Notes: generated by a model from the letters alone, not told the origin. Shown: positions 1 to 13,389, numbered from the stretch's first letter. The stretch: 64,000 bases of DNA from Eledone cirrhosa (GCA_964016885.1 OZ024742.1:123194001-123258000), one strand, 5' to 3'. A program made the numbers and translations.

Positions 1-1107
1 ATTTTTGTTTCAATTACAATAACGTAGGGTCTCGCTATGTTAGGGTGGGTATCTCGTATAGGAGAGACTATTGTCTACACGGAATTGTGTGTGGTGTAAG
101 GCGAAATTTTTACTCTGATTCATTACAAGAATTTGTGGCATTTACGATATCAATAGAATGTTTATCCAGGTGATTAAATAATGGCTTCCCTATCGGTGTG
201 AAAGCTTAGAAATTCAAAGATGCGTTATACCAATAGACCAAACTCTCTCGGTTTTCATGTCTTTCTTTTCGAAGATATAATTGCATTATATATATGTCGA
301 ATTTCCACTCTCAAACCTCACCTTATAGAAATGATATGATTCATTAGAAGTGGATTTCGTTTGAAGATAATGAATATATTTTTAGAAGATTTTGAACTAC
401 ATATTTGAAGGTCATTTTAGAGTGCTTATGTTGTTTGTTTATTCAGAAAGGATTCTTATTACTTTTGGTATTCGTTCCATATAAAAGTCGCAATGAGAGG
501 CCTTTCTATATAAACAAGCATTCTAACCGTCCAGAAATTATCTCCAAATATCTCGCAAACATGTTTCGCAAAGAATATATTCATTATCTTCAAACGAATA
601 CGTTTTCAGTGAATCAGCTCACTATTATAATGAAGTGCACTTGAAAAGTGGTGCGTGATTGAAAATTCAATATATACATAAAACCAATATTACTTTAAAA
701 TTTTGAAATACATACAACACTTGATAAAACCCAACTTCCAAACTCTAAGCTTCTTATAAAATATAATCTTTCTAGAGATATTACAATTATTCAATAGAAA
801 TAAGGTTAAACTTTCACATTCCACCACATATACTTTAGCATAATCTCTTTTAACTCCGCCAAATTAAGAAATCTAAATGTGAGGTCAATATGTAATTACA
901 ATTTAACAAATATCAACATGCATTGCCTGATCATAGAATACCGTGTATACCGATCCAAATCTTCCATCCTATATATCTAGATGGGAAGCACATCTAAAAC
1001 TGTACCTACAGCATAAGGTTTCTTTTAAATATGATAATAGAAGCTCTACTAGCTTACTATCGACATACATCTGAATTGAATATCTCGTAAACAATTGTTT
1101 CCAGTCA

Positions 1108-1796
1108 TCTATATATATAAAGCTGTGGTTGTCTGTCTGTCTATCGATTTTTGGCACACATCTCCTCTTAGAATCTCTGACGGAATTGCACCGAAATTGC
1201 TATACTTGTACATTGAGCCCTAGCGAAGACATCGGAAAAAAAATATTTCAAATTGACCCACCCTATGTGACGAAATCGAATCTAATGTATCGATTTTTGA
1301 GCGTAAGTGACGAGTTATTTCCCTTTGTTCTGTTTACATTGAGCGTCTTACGTTCTGTTTACATTTTCTGCGTGCAAAAATTAAAAAAATTACGCTGGCT
1401 TTCTCAGCATTTAAAATGACATTAACACAATACACGAACAGTTGTCGAGCCAGCAAAATTTTGACCTGCAAAATTCATCAGTTCGAACACTAAGCTTCCG
1501 TTTTGGTTCATTTCCATTTAAAAGCCTTTTAAAACAATATTTTTACTTGAAAACAAGTCTATTTAAAGACTACGTAAAACAAGCAAATATTTCCGCTTTT
1601 GTTATAAAATTCGGGTTATCGTTATGTTTTCTTAACTTCATAAGGCATATTGTTGGTTGAGGGACTATTAATCAAAAACACCACATGCAAGTCTGCACTG
1701 TAGACACTACAGTTTTTAAGCCAAAAAAGAAACTTAATATTGTAACTTTAACACAGCTACTGAGCGACCCCGTGCAACGCCGGGCTTTACTGCTAG
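1108..1796 (+). mobile_element. Non-autonomous Helitron
   Basis: Starts a|TCTATATATATAAA. Ends with hairpin CCCGtgcaacgcCGGG (1769-1784) then CTAG|t. Inserted between A and T with no TSD, which are the canonical Helitron termini. Confidence 0.85.
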
Positions 1797-2037
1797 TAAT
1801 ACATAAAAACATAATAGAAATCTGGCCGATGATTAAGTAAAAGTGGAATCAGAAACAATATTAAATAGAAATTGAGAATTCATCTGATCCTCTACATAAC
1901 GTATACTTTTCCTTGCGATATATTAAACATATAAACTATTCAAACAAATACCTTTCCATAGTTTCAAGGAAACGTATAGCATTTTAGCCTATTCTAACTC
2001 AAAATGAGATACTTTGTTATATTTTGAATGGATGTAC

Positions 2038-2042
<5 letters not shown>

Positions 2043-2103
<61 letters not shown>
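2043..2103. repeat. (TA)n microsatellite
   Basis: Direct reading. Confidence 0.95.
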
Positions 2104-2105
<2 letters not shown>

Positions 2106-2163
2106 CAAGAAAGTAAGTGTTGGTAAAATCCAGTACTTCAGTATGCGGATAGGGAGCACTCAC

Positions 2164-3034
2164 CTTCTTTATCTGAGGTCCAACAAAAATTCCACCTTTG
2201 ATTTTGGCCTTAGATAACTTGGGGAAGAACTCAAGAAGGTACTTAAAAGCGGCTGATTCTTCGTTGAGAGCTTTCACAAACTGCTTCATCAACCCCAACA
2301 TAATGTGCAGTGGCAGAATGAGCACAATCCTGGGATCAACCAGTGGCTCCCACATGACGTTCTGGATCCCAAATACAAATTCTGTTCGCTGCTCCCAGTT
2401 CTTTCTTTTGTAGTGGTCAGATGTGGCTCTGCTGTCCCAAAGGCAGAGGAAGCATTGGAATTTGATAAGAGGAAGCATTGGAATTTGATAAAGCCTTCTT
2501 GGAGTCCAAGCAGGAAAGCCACCATCTTGAAGTCTCCAATGATTTCCCAATTGTACTGGTTGTATTGCAGAGCTTCCAAGAGGACTTTCACACTGTAGTA
2601 ATCTTCCTTCGGGCAGACTGAATGAGCTAGGGACAGTGTCGGGAACTTGTTTCCATTGTGGAGAAGGACAGCCTTCAAAGTTGTGGTGGAGCTGTCTATA
2701 AATAGCCGCCACTCCTTGGGCACAAACGGCACCCCAATAACGTCAAACAGTCCAGGCATGTCATGGCAGAAGCAGAGGCCATTGCTAAGAATGTAAAAGC
2801 CTGAGAAAGGTTCGTGTCGACTTCTCTGACTTGTCACCTCCACTTCCTGCTTGAACAAGTTCCACTGCTTCATCCTGGAGACGAATAGCTCTGCATTGGA
2901 CTTGGTCAGACCCATATCCCTGACCAAGTCATTGACTTCTTTTTGGTTTGGGAAGTGAGGAACTTTTTCTGGTACCTCAGGCAGGTAATCCAAGTCCTCA
3001 GCATCCATCTCCTCCTCTTCATCGGAATACTTGC
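2164..3034 (-). pseudogene. Chapaev3-type (CMC superfamily) DNA transposase remnant
   Basis: Joining ORFs 2289..3059 and 2017..2712 gives EWRLFIDSS..LKAVLLHNGN..GDFKMVAFLLGLQ..CFLCLWDSRA..LPLHIMLGLMKQFVKAL..GIFVGPQIK, which I recognise as Chapaev3-like. Frameshifted by a 23-bp tandem duplication at 2446-2491. No TIRs found. Confidence 0.75.
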
Positions 3035-4344
3035 CTTGGAAAATAAATTTGATATGCAATACAAAATAAATGTTGGAAAAGGAAATACATATTTAAATAA
3101 TATAAAAGAACACTAATCATACTAATGAATATTCGTGCTTAAAACGCAACTTACCCTTTATTCAGGGTGCGAAAATCCAGTATCAATAAATCTCTTTAAT
3201 CCACTTTTTAACAATTTTATACTTTATTGCACTTTTATAATTTTCTTTAGGTATTACTCTTTATTTTATAATTTTAATTTCACCTGAAACATATATAAAG
3301 AAATCATTCAACTTATGCAAATTAAACTTACATACAACGTAAAATCCAGCATACAAATAATTCTAGTGAATAGCTTAGAATTTTTACAATCCAATCCAAT
3401 CTTTTAACTGTTTAATGGCACTTTTTTTTATTTATTTGGGACCTAAGCAACCCCAAAAAGTGATTACAAGCCAAGAACAGAGAACATTTATTTTTCGTTA
3501 CACGGTGTTATCAAGTACCTTTCGTCACAAATTTTGAGAAATCTTCAGTGACGACATTTGTTACTTTGTGTCTCCTATTTTCTCTGTTTTACACCATGTA
3601 TTATAATATATATAAATATAAATATTGTTATATTTGGGGAGGGTCATATTTGCGTAATATTGCCAGAATTAATAACAGAACACACTCACTGTTTGGTTGG
3701 TTTTCGCTTCTCGCTGTCTTTTATATATATATATCTGCGATCTAACTTACTCGGTCCTCAATGTTGCCATTGACTGACCGGCGGTCAAAAATAAAATAAT
3801 ACAGATACAATATAGACAAACACATATATATATAGTTTACATAAATCTTTCGTTGCACATCTGCAACATCGTCAGTGGTGTTATATTCATTGTTCCTCCT
3901 GTTGTGTTGTATGTCTACGCCATTTTTTTTGTTCAGTCCGTCTATATATTTATTTATTTGTTTGCTTGTTTGTTTATCTTATTTTATTTTGTCTTCTTTG
4001 CGCATGCGTTTGCGTGTGTGATGTGTGACTAGTGTGTATAGTGTTGTGTCTGCTGGGTGACTAGTGTGTGTTTATGTGCTTGTGTATGTATTTATTTATC
4101 TTATTTTATATAATTTAATTTACTTATTTATTTATACTTCTCTTAGGTCAGTGTTGTTTGTTTGGGTGTTGTTGTTGTTCCACTCATTCTTTCTGTTTAG
4201 CTTTGGTCTTCTAATTTCTATTTCACTGGCCTCTCTGATTTGCCTATCTGCTGGGTCATTCCTATGTTTAGATATTATTCTAATTTCTATGTTGTCTATG
4301 TTACCGTCATGATGTTGTCTAGCATGTTCGTATAGTACTGACCC

Positions 4345-4557
4345 GGGTCAGTACTATACGAACATGCTAGACAACATCATGACGGTAACATAGACAACAT
4401 AGAAATTAGAATAATATCTAAACATAGGAATGACCCAGCAGATAGGCAAATCAGAGAGGCCAGTGAAATAGAAATTAGAAGACCAAAGCTAAACAGAAAG
4501 AATGAGTGGAACAACAACAACACCCAAACAAACAACACTGACCTAAGAGAAGTATAA
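4345..4557 (+). pseudogene. C-terminal 70 aa of a PLE GIY-YIG endonuclease (mirror copy at 4132-4344, minus strand)
   Basis: Manual translation, absent from the ORF track because there is no start codon: GSVLYEHARQHHDGNIDNIEIRIISKHRNDPADRQIREASEIEIRRPKLNRKNEW...V*. Matches the PLE pattern S..xxH...H...R.i.EA..I....P.LN. Confidence 0.75.
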
Positions 4558-4813
4558 ATAAATAAGTAAATTAAATTATATAAAATAAGATAAATAAATA
4601 CATACACAAGCACATAAACACACACTAGTCACCCAGCAGACACAACACTATACACACTAGTCACACATCACACACGCAAACGCATGCGCAAAGAAGACAA
4701 AATAAAATAAGATAAACAAACAAGCAAACAAATAAATAAATATATAGACGGACTGAACAAAAAAAATGGCGTAGACATACAACACAACAGGAGGAACAAT
4801 GAATATAACACCA

Positions 4814-4841
4814 CTGACGATGTTGCAGATGTGCAACGAAA
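4814..4841 (+). ncRNA. Hammerhead-like core (partial)
   Basis: CTGACGA-t-GTTGCA-gatg-TGCAAC-GAAA. Core and stem II are clear, but no convincing stem I partner. Confidence 0.35.
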
Positions 4842-5124
4842 GATTTATGTAAACTATATATATATGTGTTTGTCTATATTGTATCTGTATTATTTTATTT
4901 TTGACCGCCGGTCAGTCAATGGCAACATTGAGGACCGAGTAAGTTAGATCGCAGATATATATATATAAAAGACAGCGAGAAGCGAAAACCAACCAAACAG
5001 TGAGTGTGTTCTGTTATTAATTCTGGCAATATTACGCAAATATGACCCTCCCCAAATATAACAATATCTGTTTCGACACACGATTTCATATAAAAAACCT
5101 CGCAAAACTAATTCATCGCCGCTA

Positions 5125-5317
<193 letters not shown>

Positions 5318-5435
5318 TATATATATATATATTAGGTATTAAATTAGCAATGAAAATAAAAACAATAAAGTCAAGTTAGTTTACCTATTCATATCATTGT
5401 TTTACAATCGCTTCGGAGGGTCTATCATAGTGACA

Positions 5436-5593
5436 TATTGTCAGATATATAGCATTTAAATAACTGTAAGCTATCAGACCTCATATATGGGTTCGATCAG
5501 GTCCGAAGAAGATGGCCTGATCGAACCCATATATGAGGTCTGATAGTTATGTAAAATGTAAACAGTTATATAACTGTTATAGATCAGACAATA
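5436..5593. repeat. Fold-back element near (TA)n
   Basis: Perfect 31-bp inverted repeat 5471-5501/5516-5546, plus a diverged outer pair 5436-5466/5563-5593. Confidence 0.7.
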
Positions 5594-5733
5594 AAGGGTA
5601 AACAGAAAGAACGACACATTCGTTACAAGCATATGGAAGGAATATATTAGGTTAACGTTTGAAATAGCAGGACGTTAGTCCTTCATCAGAAGAAAGAAGA
5701 AAGAAAGAAAGAGAGAGATAGAGAGGGAGATAA

Positions 5734-5764
<31 letters not shown>

Positions 5765-5929
5765 GAGTCAACGGAAGTGGGTAGCGGAAGACCATGAATC
5801 AAAGAAGTACCCGATATGGTAACTAGACGAAACTGCAGAGCTCGCGGTAGATACCCATGTTTCCTAATATATATATGTACACATAACACACACACACACA
5901 CGTATATATATATATATATATATATATAT

Positions 5930-5948
5930 CAGTAAGACCTTACTGGTT

Positions 5949-5992
<44 letters not shown>

Positions 5993-6095
5993 AACCAGTA
6001 AGGTCTTACTGGTTCCTATTACCCACTCTACTACCTCAAGTATTGAGTACTTTGGTGCGTTATGGTCCACCTGGTTCCTTACAACATTTCCTTCG

Positions 6096-6097
<2 letters not shown>
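5930..6097 (+). mobile_element. Short copy of the small hairpin PLE-like family with a double fold-back
   Basis: 6002-6097 matches 46627-46722. It has a 5' mini-hairpin ggaaccagtaag-gt-cttactggttcc, and 5930-5950 is the reverse complement of 5991-6011 across a (TA)20 run. Confidence 0.8.
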
Positions 6098-6138
<41 letters not shown>

Positions 6139-8668
6139 GGCTCACACATACATCATATGAGAGTGTGTGTGTATGAGTATGTTTAGTTTGTGTAGATCTC
6201 GAGCTTTTTATTTTGCCCGCTTGTTAATTTGTCTTTTATTTCTTATTCTGATTAATAAAATCAGCACTATCGTCTCTCCCATATTTATATCGCGCTTATC
6301 GTCATTGCTGCCACATCTGCCATCGGTACCACCTCCGCCACAATATTCAGAAAAGTGCTTTTCTAAAAGTAAATGCTGAAAGTTTATAATCGGATCTCGC
6401 AATGCCAACTAACATTTTACTAACGAAAATAGCAGTATGTGCCTCTAACTACATTCATAGAAGTAAAATCTAATTTCAGATGGAAAATTCAATCAAAATA
6501 GCGTACAGTTTGAATATCCTTGTTTGGTTTAGATATCAATGTTTGCTGTAAATATAGCAAAGATATATCGTAGAGAATTGCTTGCTTAAATATGTAGTAA
6601 CCGTTATTGGTTTAGATCGGAGAAGTTTTCAGAAAGAATATAATGCCTAGTTTTATAGTATCATCGTTTTATTTTTCGATATCATTAATAGTTAGCTTTT
6701 GAAAATTGGGCTATTTTACTAATGGGCTATTTTGGTTAGTATTCTGATTCCAATAATTTTCCCAGACACCAGTTTCAAAGAATACCTAGCTAAAACATTA
6801 ATTCTTCACTCCTACAAATATTTGAGTAAATTAACGCGCCATGAAATTGTAACAATCTGACAATGGTTTTATCACCCATTCGTAATGGAACCTTCCAATG
6901 AAATGAGAAGGAATTAAAGAACTGGAGCACTCAATGGACTGAAAGATATTCACATAAATGGAGAAAGAACTGAATACTTTATTGCGTGGTTTCTGAGAAT
7001 CTTCAGATATTTATAACTATTTGAATATTGATATGACAAAGTTAGTATAACTAATATTACATTATAACCAATAGATTTTGTTTTTTGGAAATAAAGCATT
7101 AGACGGGATTGATTCGTCAGATGAATGGAATCACATACCAAAGGATCTTAATTTAGCATAAGTCTTTAGATAAATAGCATCATGTTTCAATACTCGTGAT
7201 GCATACTAATACTATGACAGTAGGATATAAACTTGCAGCTTAATCCGTTTGGCCCTTGTGAGACTTGCTGTAAAAATAATACTTTATCATTGGTAAACTA
7301 ATGGAATTATTCATCTATAGATATCTGGAAATGTATTTTCACGAAAGGAAAAGGCATTAAAGGATTATGTATTCTATAACTATATTAATTTCAATGTAGT
7401 ACAGGGGATACGAAATTTTAATCAAAATCTACTTGAAAGCGACTGCTGAATCTTTAGAAAATAGGAGAATTTGATAATAGGAAGTTTGCCACAATATTGA
7501 CCTTAATATAATAAAAATGATAGCCAACAATACGTTGTAAAAGTTAATCAGAATATAGTGGCTTAACTCAATCTTCGTATGCAAAAAGAAAACAAGAAAA
7601 TTATACCATTTCTTTGAAATACCTGAGTCTTTGTTATGCTTATGACGTTTCACAATGTAATTACAGATCACAGATAACACTAATGATATTTATTAAAACG
7701 TACAAGATTAGTTTTAAGACTTAATGAATTTTCTGCAAATTTCGTTGAGTCCCTGATTTATAACATTCTATCTCCACATTCTATCTCCACATGGTGTCTA
7801 GCGATAGTTTAAGAAGGAAATTAAGATAAACATTTTATTCGTAAGTTAATACCATATTACAACTATTGGGACTCTTTAAATTTGAATGCAGTATTGTCTA
7901 ATAACCGTCCGCATTAACATTGAAATTAAACGTAAAATTCTTCTGTAGAAAAACTTTAATAAAAATATTTATTTAGTAGGAAAAGGAGAATTTGGAAATT
8001 TATATCGATTTTCAAAGGACTGATTAATAAAAGGGAGAAACAATTGAATAAAATGTATTTAGAGAAACAAATTTCATTTTAATTTTTGATTATCATTTAA
8101 GTACTATGATGAAATTATATATTGAACATTATTAAATATCACATATAGATATATATGTATCTAACTACCCCATTATATATCATATATACAAATATCCCGT
8201 GAAAGCATGAATTTGGGAACCTACAAAGAGCTGGGGAGATAAATTTTGAAGAGAATTTAGGGAGCTAAAGTGCAGAAAATAACTGCAATTATATTCAGTT
8301 GCTATAAATTGCTTATAAAATTCGGGTAAAGACCCTTAAAGACGTAAAAATGTTGTCAGCGGCTGCTATGAGCTATCGAACTTCCCATCTCCCAGATATC
8401 GGCTAGTTGCTCTAACCATAGAGCTAGGGGACCTTTGAAAACAACCGAAAACTAGTGCAGGACATGACATCTTGATGGTGTTCTTTAATGATATACTTTA
8501 AATTTGCAGGACACCAACACTTTTCCAGGGCTAAATGCAACCCAGTTCTTATAGAAAAGAAGAGAGAGTGTCCCAATGATAGAGAGGAAGGGAAAAAAGT
8601 AATGTAGAGCTAGAATCGACCACTCTTCTGTGACCTCTTTCTGAAGCTTACATTATTGCAGAAATATT

Positions 8669-8883
8669 GGCTTCAAATTTAAGCACAACGCCAATAATTT
8701 TTGGGGAGAGGTAAGTCGATTAAATCGACTCCAGTGTATTACTGTTACTTTATTTTATCGGCCCCTATGGATGAAAGCAGAGTTAATCTAGCCATGATTT
8801 GAACTCAGATTGTAAAGGGCTGAAACTCTATGCCATAAAACATGTTGTCCGATGCTCTACCGATACTGCTAATCCATCGGCCT
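8669..8883 (-). mobile_element. SINE family 1 (tRNA-derived) with TSD
   Basis: On the minus strand: A-box-like TAGCAGTATCGG, B-box GAGTTCAAATC and the family body. Flanking 18-bp direct repeat cattattgYagaaaYatt at 8651 and 8884. Confidence 0.75.
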
Positions 8884-9839
8884 CATTATTGTAGAAACAT
8901 TAGAGAAGGAACCGTAATGCATTATTCCACATATATTCATCCTGTTGTTACGTATATTCTTCGCTAGAATTTGGCATTCCTCTTCAGTAATCGACTGGAA
9001 TTATTCACTGAACTTCTAGTAAACTGCCGTGATGTCTTATTAGACCAGTATATGAACCACTTCTTATCTCAAGCTCATTTATACCACTAATATAATTTAG
9101 AGTGATATGAACATCAGAATATCACATCTCTACTTAATAAAGACATAAGTTTTTGATTTTTGTTTTCAGCTCAAGCAAGATCATTTTCACTACTAACATA
9201 ATTTAGAGCTGCATGAACATCATATTTTCAGAGGATTACTTAATATATAGTTTGAGGAATTGAGAGATGCGTTAGACCATATGATATGACCTGGAAGAAG
9301 ATGGTTAGGCTGCCTAATCTTTAAGTTCCAATCTGAAGTTAACATTTCCTTTCAAATGAGGGTAGATAAAATAACGTACCAATATTTTATAGATTCTTAC
9401 ACTCTCCCACTGTCTCCTTGTCTACAACAGCCCCTCTGTCTTCTTCCCCCTCTATCTCTCTATATATCTCGTCTTCTGTCGCTCTAAAGCTCTTCCATCT
9501 TGATTGATCTTAAAAGGGTGGGCTGTGGCTGGTTAAAGCGCTCCTACAACTTAATGAGAAATATACAGCTTCTTGATGGGCTGAAATAAATTGCATATTC
9601 TGTTTGCGTAGTCCTTAAAAATACTAATATATATGTAGGATATATATTGGATAATATTAGAACCGTAAAATCTCACTGAGAAATAGAATTTCGGTAAATG
9701 ATAATGAAACAATGCCTTATTCAAATATTCATGGAGCAAAACAAGAGAATAAATCTCACGTGAATACGTGATATGAGTGATTAAATCTAAAGAAACAATG
9801 ACATTGATGTGTGGAATGAGAACTTGCACATACACGTAT

Positions 9840-10082
9840 ACGGATATATATATATATATAATAATAATAAACATACATGTGTGTGTTCCTGTGTGTGTCT
9901 GTGTGTATAAATGTATATGTATGTGTATGTTTGTATATGTAGATGTATGTGCATGTATACATACATAAATACATATACAAACGTACATACAAACATATTC
10001 ACACATACACACACACACATATATATATATGTATGTGTGTGACTGTGTGTGTTTGTGTGTGCGTGTGTGGTGTATGTATGTA
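9840..10082. repeat. Compound TA/TG/CA microsatellite
   Basis: Direct reading. Confidence 0.9.
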
Positions 10083-10193
10083 TTGTCTAGTGAATTTTTA
10101 AAAATATATTATATTCAAAATTGGCAGAGCACTCAGTCTGAGGGACGAATTGTACTATACAAAATTTGGTTAAATTCATATTTCCATTTGTTG

Positions 10194-10242
10194 AATACGC
10201 GCGTTTCGCTGAAGAAGTGATTATTTCGTGAGCTCGTCAATT
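10194..10242 (-). ncRNA. Degenerate PLE-type minimal hammerhead remnant
   Basis: Minus strand reads TTGACGA-GCT...AGC-GAAA-CGCGCG-TA, with palindromic stem III ACGCGCGT. Core has C>T and stem I is weak. Confidence 0.4.
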
Positions 10243-10564
10243 TGAGAGTTTGTTAATGATGTTAGTAATAATTAACAACCCATTGAGATCACCTATACGT
10301 CATTTTCTCGAAAACAACAACCTGTTGAACTTCGACCTGTATTGTAGCGGAACTCAGTGTCTCTGTCACTTTGATGGCATTCTAAAGGCTATACGAGAAG
10401 GTCTCGCACTGTTGTTATATATCTTGATTTCATCACTGAAGATTGTGTAAAGCTACAGCAGTAAATTAAGTGTTTCTATGTGAAGTGAGTCAAGTTTGCT
10501 GTGATGGAAAGTGTATGTTCAAGCTCAGCAAATATAAGTAATGACGTTCTACAAGTAACTGTGT

Positions 10565-10850
10565 TGTTCTCAATCCTCTTCATTATTTACATCAAAGACA
10601 TTATAGACGTCATCAATCACATCAAAATAAGAATCTTGACAGATGTTCCAAACACCAGAAAATCCCCAACGGAGTAAGACACTGGACCAGCCGCCAACAG
10701 GGACCTGCTTGCTCTTATCCAATGGGTAAAACCAATAATCAAAATCTATGCAACTAAATAGGCACAAATTTGAGTTAATCCACTTTGGGAGAGATGATGC
10801 ACTGAAGTTACCATATACTTTTCCCCTAGGCTAAAACCTCGTGGTGTCCA
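10565..10850 (+). pseudogene. CR1/L2-like reverse transcriptase remnant
   Basis: Manual translation fragments ILFIIYIKDIIDVINH and MQLNRHKFELIHFGRD resemble CR1-group RT motifs. Heavily decayed. Confidence 0.45.
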
Positions 10851-12340
10851 AAAACCAAATCAGTTTTATTCTGTAAACTACAAATAAGGACCTTGAAAAT
10901 GTTATCACTTCCTTTAATCTGAACATAAGAAATATTAACCATATCTCAGCCTAAGCTGATATCATCTGGATGCCTCATGGAAGAAGACACACACTGTTCA
11001 TCTAGGGTTAAATAGCTTCACGTGATACTTTTCAAACCGTTTTATGTTTACAAATTTGATCGAGCAAAATGTGATTCTGTTTTCAAATATTTCATTAATT
11101 CTATCGTAAAGCACAGCATACTAATACGTTATTATTTACATAAATATGCATAATTATCCGGTAATCTCGAATTGCTGTCGTTGTTGTTTTTTATGAGTAA
11201 GTAATATTTATATTATGTTTGTGGATAATTTACACAAATGTATACACCTAGACTTTATAATCAAACAAATCGATGCTGTAAAAAGAAATGCGCAACTAGC
11301 ACATCATGAGCTACTGAGGGATTAAATATTTCGCTTCATGACCTGCAGGAAATAGCTGCCAGCTCTCCCCCAATGTACACTCAACCATTCTAAAAATGGA
11401 AGTGCACATACAATAATGTACTCGTTGGTATAATCTCCCTGAATCTAAGTCTGGATGGCCTTGGGAGGGAGGAATTGTGTTTAAACACATATATGATTGA
11501 TCATGTTGTTAAAGAACCACATCAAATGCATAATAATAAATGTATCATCCTATTTGAAGACTGCAGGTGGTATTCGAATTGAGATATGAGTTCATCCACT
11601 CTATCATTCTTACTAAAGTTCGCTGGCAAATTTATAAATGTTGACTCTAGTAGGTTTGACTGTAAAATGGCGTTGCCTGTGTTTTGAGGATTTCAGGAGA
11701 AATTATACATTTATATCTCTGACGTTGGCTGTAGTCAGGAGAATTAACAGATAAAATATAGATGGAGGGTCAGAGGGTTAAGACAAAATGCAGCATATAA
11801 ATCGGTATGTATCAATGGACCCTAAATCCACACAACTATATTACGGATTCATTCTCCATTGATATATGTCAAATATGTAAATTATAGTACATAATGCTCG
11901 AACTAGTACAGTTCAGATATCTAGGACAGCTCCTGAAATGAGATGGAGATAAGTTCATGAACCTACCTCTCGTTTTGACTCTACACAAAACCTTCTGCTA
12001 GCATTTCATAACATTACTGTGTAGATTGCTTTATTTGACGTTACTGCAATTCGTTCATTTAGTTGCCGTTATTTGGTAGATCATCGGGGAATATTCATCA
12101 TTAAAATGGCATCCTTTAAGCTGGAAAGTTATCTTTCATTCGTATCACACCTTACACATGAAATTGTATCAGCAGATCCCAAGTGAATCTTGCAAAGGGT
12201 GTCGCGGATATTCATTATTCATAAGACTTTTATAATGCTTTTTAAAACAGATGAGGTATTGAACTGTTTTCATCAGTGAGTACAGACGAATATAAATTAG
12301 GCTATTCAACACAGTGAGGATAGAAAACAATCTAATAATA

Positions 12341-12355
12341 ATTATAATAATAATA

Positions 12356-12387
<32 letters not shown>

Positions 12388-12502
12388 ATGTATATATATA
12401 TATATATACAGACAAAGGAGAGAGAGAGTTGAGACAGAGAGAAAGGGAGAGGGAGAAAGAAAGAGAGAGAGAGGGAGAGAGAGGGAGAGAGAGAGAGAGA
12501 GC
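12341..12502. repeat. Compound TAA/TA/TG/GA microsatellite
   Basis: Direct reading. Confidence 0.9.
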
Positions 12503-12959
12503 AATTAAAATATAAATATGTTGCTAGCTAAAACATTTAAACGGGTAGTGCTATGTTTTAAAAGAATGAATACGATATATAAAATATAATCTAATGACAA
12601 CACAGACTTTTCAATAAATTCATAACGATTAACACCAAATTGCAATGCACTGCACTCAAACTGAAGATGCTGCAGAAAATTCCGTTGCATGAGTATTAAT
12701 ACTAAATCTACAAGAGGTGGCTGGATTGAAAAATGACTTTGTTCTTCTGATTTAATACCCTATGTTATTTTCTAATAACTCTTTAGATTCTGAGTTAAAA
12801 GTCTGATGAGATGACATTGCTTTTCATCCTCCAGATTTCGATAAAATTAAATGTCAACGTCAATGATCAGGTTAGGCTTCTGTCTGCTAATGGCACCATG
12901 TAACTCAGTACAACATGTTTCATATTCGAGAAGTCGACAACTAAACAGATTTACTCAAC

Positions 12960-13185
12960 CGACGATTGTCTGGTAAGGATGGTAGGTGGAACCCTAGCAG
13001 CACAAAAAAAAAGAGTTTTTAAAAGAGCGGATGAAATCAGACTCATTGTTCATCCACCCCATGTATGGGTTAAATAGCTTCACCAACCCACAATAGGCCA
13101 AGGGTGGTACCGCTACAACCCTGATATGGCCAAACCCGAACAGAAAGCAATGGAGGTCAGCCTGAGAGGGATTCCTCCAGCAGGC
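12960..13185 (-). repeat. Dispersed repeat, possibly an RTE-type LINE 5' region (related copies at 36450-36730 and 47138-47420)
   Basis: Shared blocks tggaggaaYcc..gacctcc..gctttctgtt..gtagc..ttgtgggtt..ctatttaaccca..tttgtgctgct among the three loci. Confidence 0.55.
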
Positions 13186-13389
13186 GTGACATTTTACCAA
13201 TTTTGAAAAGCAATATTTCACTTATAGAATATATATTTCATTTTCATATTTTTTAGATTTTCTCATAGACTATATTATAATTAGAATTGACAAACCTGAA
13301 AATTAATTTAAAGCAATGTTTTGAAATCTGTAGTCAAATATAAAATTAAAGAAGAAATATTAAGCATATACCCTACATTAGATGGTAGT

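Larger units (their letters stand above)
3622..5122 (+). mobile_element. 5'-truncated Penelope-like element forming a perfect 1446-bp palindrome (3622-5067) plus a 55-bp unpaired tail
   Basis: Symmetry centre 4344/4345 (ACCCGGGT). Mirror-image ORFs 4064..4312 and 4377..4625. Right arm encodes a GIY-YIG C-terminus. Abuts (TA)n. Confidence 0.8.

Noticed and set aside
4064-4625. Two identical 82-aa hydrophobic ORFs on opposite strands, resembling a membrane peptide pair
   Set aside because: They are the antisense reading of the GIY-YIG tail, duplicated by the palindrome.
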